Shown: piece after piece, positions 54,917 to 63,513 of the stretch
How the letters are laid out: each line of letters starts with the position of its first letter
Position numbering within the stretch: position 1 is the stretch's first letter
IMG/VR virus record: IMGVR_UViG_3300018915_000002
Direction: 5' to 3' (one strand)
Origin: a virus
Length of the DNA stretch: 64,000 nucleotides
The notes under the pieces: model-generated
Database searches by the model: none
The model's input: only the letters and a program-made list of their open reading frames with translations
Told to the model about the DNA's origin: nothing
Made by a program: the position numbers and the translations under genes

Positions 54917-56020
54917 GTGGTGTGTGAGATTAGTCCAGCGATTTTAGTCATGGCATTAAAGATTGAATATGGCGACAAACCATTTGACGAGGGAGAGGAA
55001 GGAGTTCAGTCGGAACCCGAACCCGAACTCGAAAACTTAGAGGAAGAGGCAAGATCTGTGCAAGCTGAAGTCCTTTCACCAGAAGAGGAGATCAACTACC
55101 CACCAAATGAACCAAGTCGGTCATCAGAGGAAGAGGACAATACCTACGTCTTTGACACTAGGGTTGGCAAACTCGAACTCATTAACTACTTGCCACGAGT
55201 ACCTCGCGAGGTACTTGATGGAGAGCGCGATTTTACCGAAGAAGAGTGGGCGCTCGCCTCCGAAGATTACAACCGAGGCTTTCGACCAATCGAGAAGCGG
55301 TATCTCATCAAGTACCAGGTTCCCGATGATGCGTCCAGGTTCCGTACCCAGGAGGATCTAAGCCGCTACTGCATCAAAATGTCTCCGGGCATGATTGGCA
55401 GGTGGGTAAAAGCGACGACAAATGAGTCGGCTCAGAGGTTTCCGAGGCATCTACTCAAGGATGACTACGGGTTTACCCAGTATGCGGTAGCCGTCTACCG
55501 CAACTTAATGAATTACACCTGCACCAGGCGATTCAAGGCGGATGCCAACGGATTCATTGATTGGGAAAAGATTGATCGGGATGCCGAAGTCTCGCCCATT
55601 AAAGATCCGGAATTGAGCGAGGCTAATCCAAGTCACGCGCTTAATTCCAGTTACTGGGAAAAACTTCAAGAGCAGTGGGATGACTACTGCAACTTGATGG
55701 CTTGGATAGAGGAATACAAGCAGTTTCTTTCCCTCAGAAGCCAACAACCAGAAGTGATGGACTTTGATGGACAAGGCGATCGCGTCTTAGCTCAACAGAT
55801 GAGCCAGTTCGCTGCCAAGGTTGAACTCACTAAACAGGCAGCACTCCAATACCTTGATCAAGAACTGGATGATCTCAATAAAAAGGCGGTGACCAAGGCA
55901 AAGGTGAAGGCGGCAAAAGGCAGGGCGGATGCTCTAGATGCCTACGCTGAAACCTTTAATCAAAGAGATCCCCAGCCAGTCCCTGAGGAAGAAGATTTGT
56001 GGTCAGGCGAACAATCCTGA
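54917..56020 (+). CDS. Hypothetical acidic protein upstream of the actin-like ATPase
   Basis: 367 aa; start uncertain. Confidence 0.65.
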   Translation: MVCEISPAILVMALKIEYGDKPFDEGEEGVQSEPEPELENLEEEARSVQAEVLSPEEEINYPPNEPSRSSEEEDNTYVFDTRVGKLELINYLPRVPREVLDGERDFTEEEWALASEDYNRGFRPIEKRYLIKYQVPDDASRFRTQEDLSRYCIKMSPGMIGRWVKATTNESAQRFPRHLLKDDYGFTQYAVAVYRNLMNYTCTRRFKADANGFIDWEKIDRDAEVSPIKDPELSEANPSHALNSSYWEKLQEQWDDYCNLMAWIEEYKQFLSLRSQQPEVMDFDGQGDRVLAQQMSQFAAKVELTKQAALQYLDQELDDLNKKAVTKAKVKAAKGRADALDAYAETFNQRDPQPVPEEEDLWSGEQS

Positions 56021-56047
56021 CCGCGTACACCCTAGAAAAGGATAGAT

Positions 56048-57253
56048 ATGAGTACGTCCAAAGCAAAAGCATTACCGGCAGCCAATCTCGGTCTCGTTCA
56101 GTTTACTGACGAGAAAGACGACATTGATCCGGCTGATAGCGCGATGCAAATCAAGCTTAGTTCCAGTGATCCGGATCGCGCCATCATCAAACTCGCTCGA
56201 CCAGAGGCTCTTCCTGATGGGCACAACGTTTGCATGGATATGGGACGGCGATTCATCAAGATTGCCTACTGGAAAAATCCTTCAACCATTGTCATCGACA
56301 AAATGCCGACGGAACTCGCTGACGTGCCAGCGGAAAAAAACCTAGGGGTAGCCAAGAGTAAGTTCTTGGCTAGGAACCAAAAGAAGGTAGCGGCTAAGAA
56401 TCGAGTTAGTATCACCTATTTGGATAAGACCTACACTGCCGCTCTTCGCGCCCAGAAGCTAGGCGGAAAAAGAGGATTAGGGGAAAAGAAGACTAAAGAT
56501 CTCCTACCTCGTGTCCTTTGTGCCTTGACCCTGCACGAAATAAAGGAAGGGAAAGTTAACCTCATCCTCACTATTCCCTTTGAGGGGGCTAGTGATTGGG
56601 CTACCCAAGAAGCTATGGCGGCTGAGCTTGTGGATGGCCAACGAGTTTGGACTTCGGACTTGGGTCTACATGATGTCACCATTCGGTGTGCTGTTGTCCC
56701 TGAGAGCTTCTATGCCGAGAAGTTCCCTCGGCTTTCCGGTTCGGAATCTCCGGACTGGGAAGAAATTGACCACCACGTTTTTGACTTCGGATATCAAACC
56801 TTCCTGAAATCAACATTCGTGTTTGACCCAATCATGGAACGGTCTTCCTTTGACCCAGACCTTTCCGCTTGCTACGACGGCAAAGGCTTAAGCCTCTACT
56901 ATGAGTACGTCGCAGTGGCTTGTGGTTACGGCAAAGAGAATTCTGAAGACCCAGCTTTTATCGAAGCGGTTAACAGAGAAGACGAAAACTTTGTGTGCTC
57001 GAAAGGAACGCTGGTTCTCACACCGGCGATCGCAATAGCCTCTACTCGTTACCTCAACGAGATCGTCGCGCTTGCCAATCCTTCTCCTGGTATCGTTCAC
57101 TTCCAGATAGTAGGTGGTGGAGCATATAAGTTCGGTCAAGAATTCTGCAATCACTTTGAGTACGCAGAAACCTTTGTGACTGACTTACCTGACCTAGCCA
57201 ACATCATTGGTCAAGCGATTAGCTTGCCAACTGAAGAATTATTCAACGATTAA
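56048..57253 (+). CDS. ParM/StbA-like actin-fold ATPase
   Basis: Phosphate-1 CMDMGRRFIK, connect VVPES, phosphate-2 FDFGYQT, adenosine IVGGGA, ANIIG. Confidence 0.75.
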   Translation: MSTSKAKALPAANLGLVQFTDEKDDIDPADSAMQIKLSSSDPDRAIIKLARPEALPDGHNVCMDMGRRFIKIAYWKNPSTIVIDKMPTELADVPAEKNLGVAKSKFLARNQKKVAAKNRVSITYLDKTYTAALRAQKLGGKRGLGEKKTKDLLPRVLCALTLHEIKEGKVNLILTIPFEGASDWATQEAMAAELVDGQRVWTSDLGLHDVTIRCAVVPESFYAEKFPRLSGSESPDWEEIDHHVFDFGYQTFLKSTFVFDPIMERSSFDPDLSACYDGKGLSLYYEYVAVACGYGKENSEDPAFIEAVNREDENFVCSKGTLVLTPAIAIASTRYLNEIVALANPSPGIVHFQIVGGGAYKFGQEFCNHFEYAETFVTDLPDLANIIGQAISLPTEELFND

Positions 57254-57316
57254 GTAGCCACGTCACCCAGTCCATAAGGACTGGGTGAGGATGCAAGCCG
57301 AAACAAAAAGGAATCC

Positions 57317-57745
57317 ATGACTAACTCAACACAAACCCTTACCCCAGAAGCTTTCAAGGCAGCACTCCTCGGAATGGAGACTCAATATCCGAAATTAGCC
57401 TCTTCTCTAGAGAACCTAAGGAAAGAGGTGGAGGGCACCTTGTACGGACACCTGATGGAACCTCATCTTTGGATGAAAATGGCGGTGGGTCTTGAATACC
57501 CAGAAATCGCAGCCCAAGGGGCAGACATAGCGGCTTGTTTCACTGTTGAATTTATTGCAGGAATGGAGAAACAAGCCGGATATTACCTGGAATATTTACC
57601 TAAGTACTGTAATAGCTACCCGATGGTTCAGGAGTTCCATGAACTCGTAACTAAGTACATCAAGGAACACTCAGGTCAATTCATCCGCCAAGCCCCTCCA
57701 ATCACTAACGAGCGGATTGATCGTGCCCGCAGGAATTTCGGCTAG
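57317..57745 (+). CDS. Hypothetical protein
   Basis: 142 aa with AAGGA ribosome-binding site. Confidence 0.65.
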   Translation: MTNSTQTLTPEAFKAALLGMETQYPKLASSLENLRKEVEGTLYGHLMEPHLWMKMAVGLEYPEIAAQGADIAACFTVEFIAGMEKQAGYYLEYLPKYCNSYPMVQEFHELVTKYIKEHSGQFIRQAPPITNERIDRARRNFG

Positions 57746-57768
57746 TAGATGACTGCACCTTCCTAGCT

Positions 57769-58401
57769 ATGGTGGCTAGGCGGGATGGAGTCATTTACCA
57801 GACGAACATGACAAAAACTGCTCTTGCCTCAGATTGGGGGGATGAAGATGAACCTAACCCCCGAAAATTCAACCGCTTCTACAATCGCCCAGGAGCAGAG
57901 GTGTTACGAAACCTCAAAATCCCGGTCGATATCTTAGATCGCATTGAACGGTTTAAGGAAGAAAACAATCTAGATCCAGACAAAATAGCCAAGGCGGCTG
58001 AATCAGGCAGTGAAATTGCGGATGCAGTCAGCGAGGAATTAACTAACGTCAAGCTTATAGCAATGGAAGGCTTGATCGTCCAGCAGGGAATAAATTCCCT
58101 ATCAAAAACCCAAGCAGGCGTTGAACAACAGCAAAAAATTCATACCCGAAATCAACACCTGCTTAAGCGAAATCGAGAGTTAGAGGCATACACAAAAGAT
58201 CTAGTCATAACGTTGACTTGGACACAGCTTAAAGCCGCTCTCCCTTACATTGGCATTGCTGCTCTTTGCATCACTGCTGTTGCCGTAACCCACCTAGCCA
58301 CTAAATCGTCAAATGGTAGTAGCGTTTCGCCCAACCAAAGTCAGTCGCCAGCCGTTCAGCCCCAAGTCGTGCCATCTACTGGGGCAAGTCCAGGAAGTTG
58401 A
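57769..58401 (+). CDS. Membrane-anchored coiled-coil protein
   Basis: C-terminal TM LPYIGIAALCITAVAV. Confidence 0.6.
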   Translation: MVARRDGVIYQTNMTKTALASDWGDEDEPNPRKFNRFYNRPGAEVLRNLKIPVDILDRIERFKEENNLDPDKIAKAAESGSEIADAVSEELTNVKLIAMEGLIVQQGINSLSKTQAGVEQQQKIHTRNQHLLKRNRELEAYTKDLVITLTWTQLKAALPYIGIAALCITAVAVTHLATKSSNGSSVSPNQSQSPAVQPQVVPSTGASPGS

Positions 58402-59581
58402 GGAGAAACTTGCCTCCCTTCAGGAGCTGGTCAAATTCAACTCAGATTGTGTTCAAGCTCATTTTTCATTCCATGAACTACTTGTCCTTGTTGAAGACCG
58501 TTCCACGGAACTCAAGAAGGCAGGTAAATACAACGAGGCGATACGCCAACTTATCGCTCTTGCCGCTGTTATTGGGGTTTCAATCGCCACGTTTGGTGGA
58601 GAGGTTCGCGTAGAATCCTCCTCCTCGCCTCACCTTGTTGGCGATCGCATTGAAGTTGTTCAAGGCACATCCACCCAAGACTCGCAAGCTGTTCAGTCGA
58701 AACAAGTTGCTCCCAGTGCCGTGCGTAAGCAGGTTGCCACCCAAGACGAGAAAATTACGGCATTGATGAGAGCCATTATTGGACAGGAGTCTGCGGGTAA
58801 GTTCAAGGCGGTGAATCCGCACTCCGGAGCATTGGGCTATGGCCAAGTCATGGCAGCTAATGTGCCAAGTTGGACAACGGAAGCCCTCGGCTATGAACTT
58901 TCCACTAGCGAGTTTCTGAACTCGCCCAAGCTGCAAATTAAGGTGATCAAATTCCAGCTTAGTAAAGCTTGGAACTCTCAATTAGCTGTAGCTAAAACAG
59001 AAGAACAGCTCGTTCGCCGTGTAGCTTCGATCTGGTACTCTGGACGCTCTAAGCTCTGGAATAATACCAAGCCCCAGTTCTACAACGGACATCCCTACCC
59101 CAGTATCAATGATTACACCAAGTCGGTGTTTCAGAAGTACCAGAGGGAACTTAGTGGGGAGAAAAGTGAACTAAAAATTGATAGTGCCACACCCGCTAAG
59201 GATGAGCAGATTGCTGGCTATACCGTTACTTCTCCTTGGGGCAAGCGCAATACGGGAATTCCAGGGGCAACTAAATTCCATAAAGGCACTGATCTGAACT
59301 TACCCGAAGGGACAAAAGTTTATCCCATCGGCGAGGCAAAGAACTTCCGCTGCTGGTGGGATAACAGTGGAGGTGGCAATGTTGCCAGCTTTGATGTCCC
59401 TTCCGTTGGCAAGTCCTTCGACTACCTTCATCTGAAGGAGTGCAATGCGGCTACTAAAGAAATGCGGAGTGGTAGCACCGGCATTGGTGCCGCACACCTC
59501 CACATCACTCAGAGGGATGCCTCTGGGAAGAAGGAACCAGCTTGGAGGAAGTTCATCAAGCAGGCAATTAGAGGAAAGTGA
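58313..59581 (+). CDS. Lytic transglycosylase + M23 peptidase fusion
   Basis: IIGQESAG...SGALGYGQVM (SLT-like); VTSPWG.R...HKGTD...YLHL...HLH (M23). Start uncertain. Confidence 0.8.
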   Translation: MVVAFRPTKVSRQPFSPKSCHLLGQVQEVEEKLASLQELVKFNSDCVQAHFSFHELLVLVEDRSTELKKAGKYNEAIRQLIALAAVIGVSIATFGGEVRVESSSSPHLVGDRIEVVQGTSTQDSQAVQSKQVAPSAVRKQVATQDEKITALMRAIIGQESAGKFKAVNPHSGALGYGQVMAANVPSWTTEALGYELSTSEFLNSPKLQIKVIKFQLSKAWNSQLAVAKTEEQLVRRVASIWYSGRSKLWNNTKPQFYNGHPYPSINDYTKSVFQKYQRELSGEKSELKIDSATPAKDEQIAGYTVTSPWGKRNTGIPGATKFHKGTDLNLPEGTKVYPIGEAKNFRCWWDNSGGGNVASFDVPSVGKSFDYLHLKECNAATKEMRSGSTGIGAAHLHITQRDASGKKEPAWRKFIKQAIRGK

Positions 59582-59820
59582 CTCAGAATATAGACCTTCT
59601 AAAAGAGTTTGACTTTTGCAGACTCCGAATACTTTTAGTCACAAAAAAGGAAGAAGATTTAATGCGTGATCTCTTGGATTTAATGAGAGGTGTGCGCGTC
59701 GTCTTTCACTTACTTTCTGAAGATTGCAAACAAGAAGCTATCGAACTGTTTCATACAAGAGGATACTTTACTGCCACAACCAAGGTTCGCATACTGGTTT
59801 CAAAGAGCAAGCTACTTTAG
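59578..59820 (+). CDS. Hypothetical protein (paralog of next gene)
   Basis: DLMRDLLDL..G...GY...ILVSKS. Confidence 0.55.
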   Translation: MTQNIDLLKEFDFCRLRILLVTKKEEDLMRDLLDLMRGVRVVFHLLSEDCKQEAIELFHTRGYFTATTKVRILVSKSKLL

Positions 59821-59822
59821 CC

Positions 59823-60077
59823 ATGCTTGACCTAAACAAACACTTCAACTTTTATTTGATAGCAAACGCGCTTTGGAGCACATCTAAAGAAGATGACGAA
59901 CAGCTATCGCGAGACTTGCTGAAGCTCTACAAAGGACAAGAAGTTGTTTTGCGCTTAGGTAAACCATCAGGTCTTTCTGATGCGGTAGAACATCTAGAGT
60001 CTCTTGGTTATTTCTGTGTAAGGATCGGCGGCAACCTGATTGTTTCAAAGTCTAATACAACAACCGAGAAGAAATGA
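59823..60077 (+). CDS. Hypothetical protein (paralog of previous gene)
   Basis: QLSRDLLKL..G...GY...LIVSKS. Confidence 0.55.
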   Translation: MLDLNKHFNFYLIANALWSTSKEDDEQLSRDLLKLYKGQEVVLRLGKPSGLSDAVEHLESLGYFCVRIGGNLIVSKSNTTTEKK

Positions 60078-60426
60078 GTAAAAGAACGTACATTGAGACT
60101 GGGAAGATTTCAATTATCTACTCGTTCCGTATCCCATTCATCGAACAAGATATCGATCTAAGTTGGGATTTTACTTTGTTGAAAATCAGCATTCATGATA
60201 TGCGAAGAACACCAGAACACAAGGATAACAACAATGGATCTTGAACTTAAAACAGAAGATCTAATGAATTCGCCAGATAAATTAGAGGTTGCTCTCAATC
60301 GGTTATTCACCTTAGATGAGCTATACCACGACAAATAAAAAGTCACTGTACAAAACTATTTCGCACCCTAACTTACGTGACAGGTAAGTGGGGCTGGGGA
60401 ACTAGTCTCACACCCCCAGGAGAAAT

Positions 60427-60618
60427 ATGGAAGACGGCACTACTTACGTCTATCAGGACAGCAAAAATGTTTATGTGGTTACGGACAAAGACAGCGAAGG
60501 AGAGGCTCGTAGAGCCGTAGAAGACCGACGTTCTAGTGGCGACAGCGATAGGGTCAAGATCGTTTCCTCTGACAACACAGGGGTTGTGGCGATCCCTAAA
60601 GGTTACCTTGCCGACTAA
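60427..60618 (+). CDS. Hypothetical protein
   Basis: 63 aa with AGGAG ribosome-binding site. Confidence 0.6.
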   Translation: MEDGTTYVYQDSKNVYVVTDKDSEGEARRAVEDRRSSGDSDRVKIVSSDNTGVVAIPKGYLAD

Positions 60619-60674
60619 ATCCTGCCCCACGGAACTCCGTGTTCACGTCAAAACATTCATCTAAAAGGAAGAAA

Positions 60675-60911
60675 ATGGCAATCTTTGGAGATACAGGAAA
60701 ATTAGAAAATCGTGTTGCTCAACCTGCGCCAGTAGCTGAAGGCGAAATAGAAGCCAAATACAAGCAAGCGGTGGCTGAACTGCAAAGGCAAGATATGCCA
60801 ATCACGCGAGAGGAAGAGCTTGCTGCCGATGAGATAAACAGACGTTATCCTGGCATAGATGATTCAATCCTTGATCATCCGAATCTAGAGGACTTTAACC
60901 CGCCTACCTAA
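60675..60911 (+). CDS. Hypothetical protein
   Basis: Start placed at MAIFGD after AAGGA. Confidence 0.55.
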   Translation: MAIFGDTGKLENRVAQPAPVAEGEIEAKYKQAVAELQRQDMPITREEELAADEINRRYPGIDDSILDHPNLEDFNPPT

Positions 60912-61354
60912 CGGACGGCAACCTTGTGCTTGCCGACAACCAGCCCGCTCTTCTTGTTTTTAACCTCAGCAAAATAGCGGGGTTCAGAACCCGAAGGCTC
61001 TACTGACATATAAGCTCCTTCTCGAATCCGCAAGATCACCGTCGTCTTAGATTGTGTGTCCCAACGATCAAGAAGGAGTATTTTTATGTCCCCCTGAATC
61101 CTAATGATCGCCTCATCAAACGTATCCTTACGCGGAACATTTTTAGGAGGCGACTCCTGCCCAGTGCTTAAATCCAGCATGGGCAGTGAAGTTGTAACCC
61201 CGTACTTTATCTCCACATTGGGTGAGCCGTGCCGAAGATTAATTTCAATGGCGACAGCTTTATTGTTGTGGATCTTCGTATCTGCGATCGCACTACGAAC
61301 CAAGGGAGACAGGCGCTCCATGATTAGCTGTAGGGGTGTTTTCTCGGTCGTCAC
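60908..61354 (-). CDS. Hypothetical protein
   Basis: 148 aa with GGAGG ribosome-binding site. Confidence 0.6.
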   Translation of the reverse strand: MTTEKTPLQLIMERLSPLVRSAIADTKIHNNKAVAIEINLRHGSPNVEIKYGVTTSLPMLDLSTGQESPPKNVPRKDTFDEAIIRIQGDIKILLLDRWDTQSKTTVILRIREGAYMSVEPSGSEPRYFAEVKNKKSGLVVGKHKVAVR

Positions 61355-61374
61355 AATCTTCTTCCTCCGTACCC

Positions 61375-62499
61375 CTACAGATCATCGTCTGTCGTTAGAT
61401 CAAAGCTCTGATACAGGAATTGTCTCGGTAAACGCGCCCAGTTAATCTGATAGGGAAATGTTTCCTGCCCACAGGCACAAGCAATCCCGTCGATGATCGT
61501 CACGGGACCGGGATTCAATCGCCCCGCTGCATTTCTAAGGGCACTAATGTCACGGGTGCTCATCCTCTTGTACAAGTCTGAGCAGAGTGGGCTGCCAGCC
61601 TTTCTGCCGTACATTTCCGATTCTGGAATCTCACTCACCATCGCGGTGATCATTTCGATATCCGGAACCTTATTCCCTGTTATGAATAACCCCAACTGGT
61701 AAAGCTTCAACGGCTCTACATAGAAATGCTTGATGACCGACTTCCCATCATTAATCTCGTGCTGAAGCGTGAACTTAAAGAGGGGTTTGTCCGTTAAGCC
61801 TGGAATAGACTTAATCTTAATGTCCTTCAACGTCTGGAAGGAGCGGCAGCGTTCTCGGCAATCAGGGGCAGGACACTCTCTCTCAACAGCAATCCGATTT
61901 TTATCAATTTGCTCCCCAGTTTCCTCGTCAATTCCTTGGTACTCACCGATCTGCAATCGTGCGGCAAACATGATCGTGGCAACGTCGCCAAGGAACATAT
62001 TGCTGATAAGCTGCGCCCCAGACGTGTACTTCGTTTTCTGGGAAACAAATTCCCGGAAGTCATACCCACCCAAGCTCTCGATCGCTCCCAAGTGGTAGCC
62101 GTCTTTGGTCTTCCCACCACCAAGAAACGCGCAAATCGTATCCACAGTTCGCTTCGGATTGTCGCCCTGTTTGGGGTCAAGATTGGCGAGGAATTCGTCA
62201 AAATCCCCTAGATGAATGTTGGGGCGAATTGTGAATTCAGTAATTCTCTGCTTGGGTTCACCCTCATCTTCCCCGTCAATAAACAATCCTATCGGTAGTT
62301 GAAGGGGTCTCTCCGCATAGTCTCCAATCGTTACAATATCGTACTTTACATCTTCGATTGGAATACTACGGGCTTCTATCTCTCGTGCGCGGTCACTCCC
62401 GTCATCAGATGGGGTGAGCGCTGGTGCTGCGAATCCACTTCTTGTCATGTCACCCTGTTTTTTCTGGGTTTTTACTCTACCCAGACTAGGGTTTTGCAA
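61375..62499 (-). CDS. Possible baseplate hub / tail assembly chaperone-like protein
   Basis: LPIGL, CPAPDC and CACG Zn knuckles, RMSTRDI..L motif reminiscent of tail chaperones. Confidence 0.4.
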   Translation of the reverse strand: MQNPSLGRVKTQKKQGDMTRSGFAAPALTPSDDGSDRAREIEARSIPIEDVKYDIVTIGDYAERPLQLPIGLFIDGEDEGEPKQRITEFTIRPNIHLGDFDEFLANLDPKQGDNPKRTVDTICAFLGGGKTKDGYHLGAIESLGGYDFREFVSQKTKYTSGAQLISNMFLGDVATIMFAARLQIGEYQGIDEETGEQIDKNRIAVERECPAPDCRERCRSFQTLKDIKIKSIPGLTDKPLFKFTLQHEINDGKSVIKHFYVEPLKLYQLGLFITGNKVPDIEMITAMVSEIPESEMYGRKAGSPLCSDLYKRMSTRDISALRNAAGRLNPGPVTIIDGIACACGQETFPYQINWARLPRQFLYQSFDLTTDDDL

Positions 62500-62545
62500 T
62501 CTAAAATTTTAAAATTAGGCACAACAAGTCAGGAACTCGCGCAAA

Positions 62546-62857
62546 ATGCAAGAATTGGCGATGATACGACGCGATCGCACGGGTTGGTCGAAGGAAAAGA
62601 TATTAGGAGACGAACTTCGTATAGCCAGAGAGTGCCTGGGACTATCGCAAGAGGAATTGGGGCAGAGGATTGAATTGTCTCGACAACAGGTGGGGCTTAT
62701 AGAGCAGGGGAAGCGAAAGCTGGAGTGGGATGAATTTGAGAATTGGGCTACGGCTGTGGGGCGGACAACTGACAGCTTTCGTAGGATTGTCCGACAAGAA
62801 TTAGAGAAAAAAAAGCTACCACGGAACTCCGTGATAGAGGAAATTAAGGGTTCTTAG
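62546..62857 (+). CDS. XRE-family HTH regulator
   Basis: LRIARECLGLSQEELGQRIELSRQQVGLIEQGKR. Confidence 0.85.
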   Translation: MQELAMIRRDRTGWSKEKILGDELRIARECLGLSQEELGQRIELSRQQVGLIEQGKRKLEWDEFENWATAVGRTTDSFRRIVRQELEKKKLPRNSVIEEIKGS

Positions 62858-62978
62858 CTAAATCGCCGTAAGCCCCGCACTCTAATCGACGCGGATATAT
62901 CGAGCATTTATGCGAGTACCGCGTGACGATTGAGTGTCGGGATATAAGGCGGGTCGCCGGAAGTATGGAGGCGACCAA

Positions 62979-63452
62979 TTAATCTCGGTTGTCACAAGTA
63001 ACTTGTTCAATCAGTTCACGCGGTTGTGTTTGAACATATTTTATCAACACATCTAGCTTTGCCCCACCCACTGAATTAATAGCATAAGATTCATTCCAAA
63101 ATACTCTTACCTCTTTACCTGTTTTGGGATTAATAGTTGGCGGATATATAGTCCGTAGATACTCGTCATAGTTTTGATTCATTCTTCTACTGGAAACACT
63201 TTTAAGATTATCAATAAGTTTGCTTAGCTGAAGTTGAGGGTAATAACGAAAGATTAAATGGAAATGGTCTGGCTCTCCATTGCCCTCTGTATATTCACAT
63301 TGCCATTTTTCGCATAACTCTTCCATAACCAACTTCAAATAGGTCAACATAGGTTCAGTTATCACCTTATACCTGTACTTAGTTGTCATCACAAGATGAG
63401 CGTGTAGATTACTAACCCCTCTAGACCTTAGCTTATAGACTTGCTTGGACAT
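62979..63452 (-). CDS. tnpA: IS200/IS605 Y1 HUH transposase
   Basis: HLVMTTKYR, EPDHFHL, LKSVSSR, FWNESY, YVQTQ. Confidence 0.92.
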   Translation of the reverse strand: MSKQVYKLRSRGVSNLHAHLVMTTKYRYKVITEPMLTYLKLVMEELCEKWQCEYTEGNGEPDHFHLIFRYYPQLQLSKLIDNLKSVSSRRMNQNYDEYLRTIYPPTINPKTGKEVRVFWNESYAINSVGGAKLDVLIKYVQTQPRELIEQVTCDNRD

Positions 63453-63513
63453 ATTGACTAAATATGAGTGTGTGATGTAAGTTAGAAGGTAACGTTGATA
63501 GAGGTCGATGTCA

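Larger units (their letters stand above)
232..62578. repeat. HIP1 octamer GCGATCGC, highly iterated
   Basis: About 80 copies by eye (e.g. 232, 960, 2049, 2599, 4952, 5006 ... 61284, 62571), in genes and intergenic DNA. I saw none inside the IS elements. Confidence 0.95.
255..62833. repeat. Dispersed 14-bp palindrome CACGGANNTCCGTG (28 exact copies, 3 near copies)
   Basis: Exact copies start at 255, 2757, 2850, 5461, 8037, 9845, 12432, 14044, 16828, 20699, 23983, 25002, 28996, 29863, 31020, 32107, 32224, 33160, 35939, 41869, 42868, 44363, 46597, 49045, 53678, 54595, 60628, 62820. Near copies at 18085, 25966, 36526. The centre is mostly AC/GT. Confidence 0.97.

Noticed and set aside
58504-58513. 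Half-site CACGGAACTC counted as a palindrome copy
   Set aside because: The right arm is missing; it may be a decayed site but was not counted.
255-62833. CACGGANNTCCGTG copies as a CRISPR array or integron attC sites
   Set aside because: Copies are 14 bp and kilobases apart, with no spacers or cas genes; no attC R/L box structure and no integron integrase in the window.
62979-63452. RAYT transposase mobilising the palindrome as a REP
   Set aside because: It is a standard IS605 TnpA with divergent tnpB and its own end hairpin, and is not flanked by paired palindromes.
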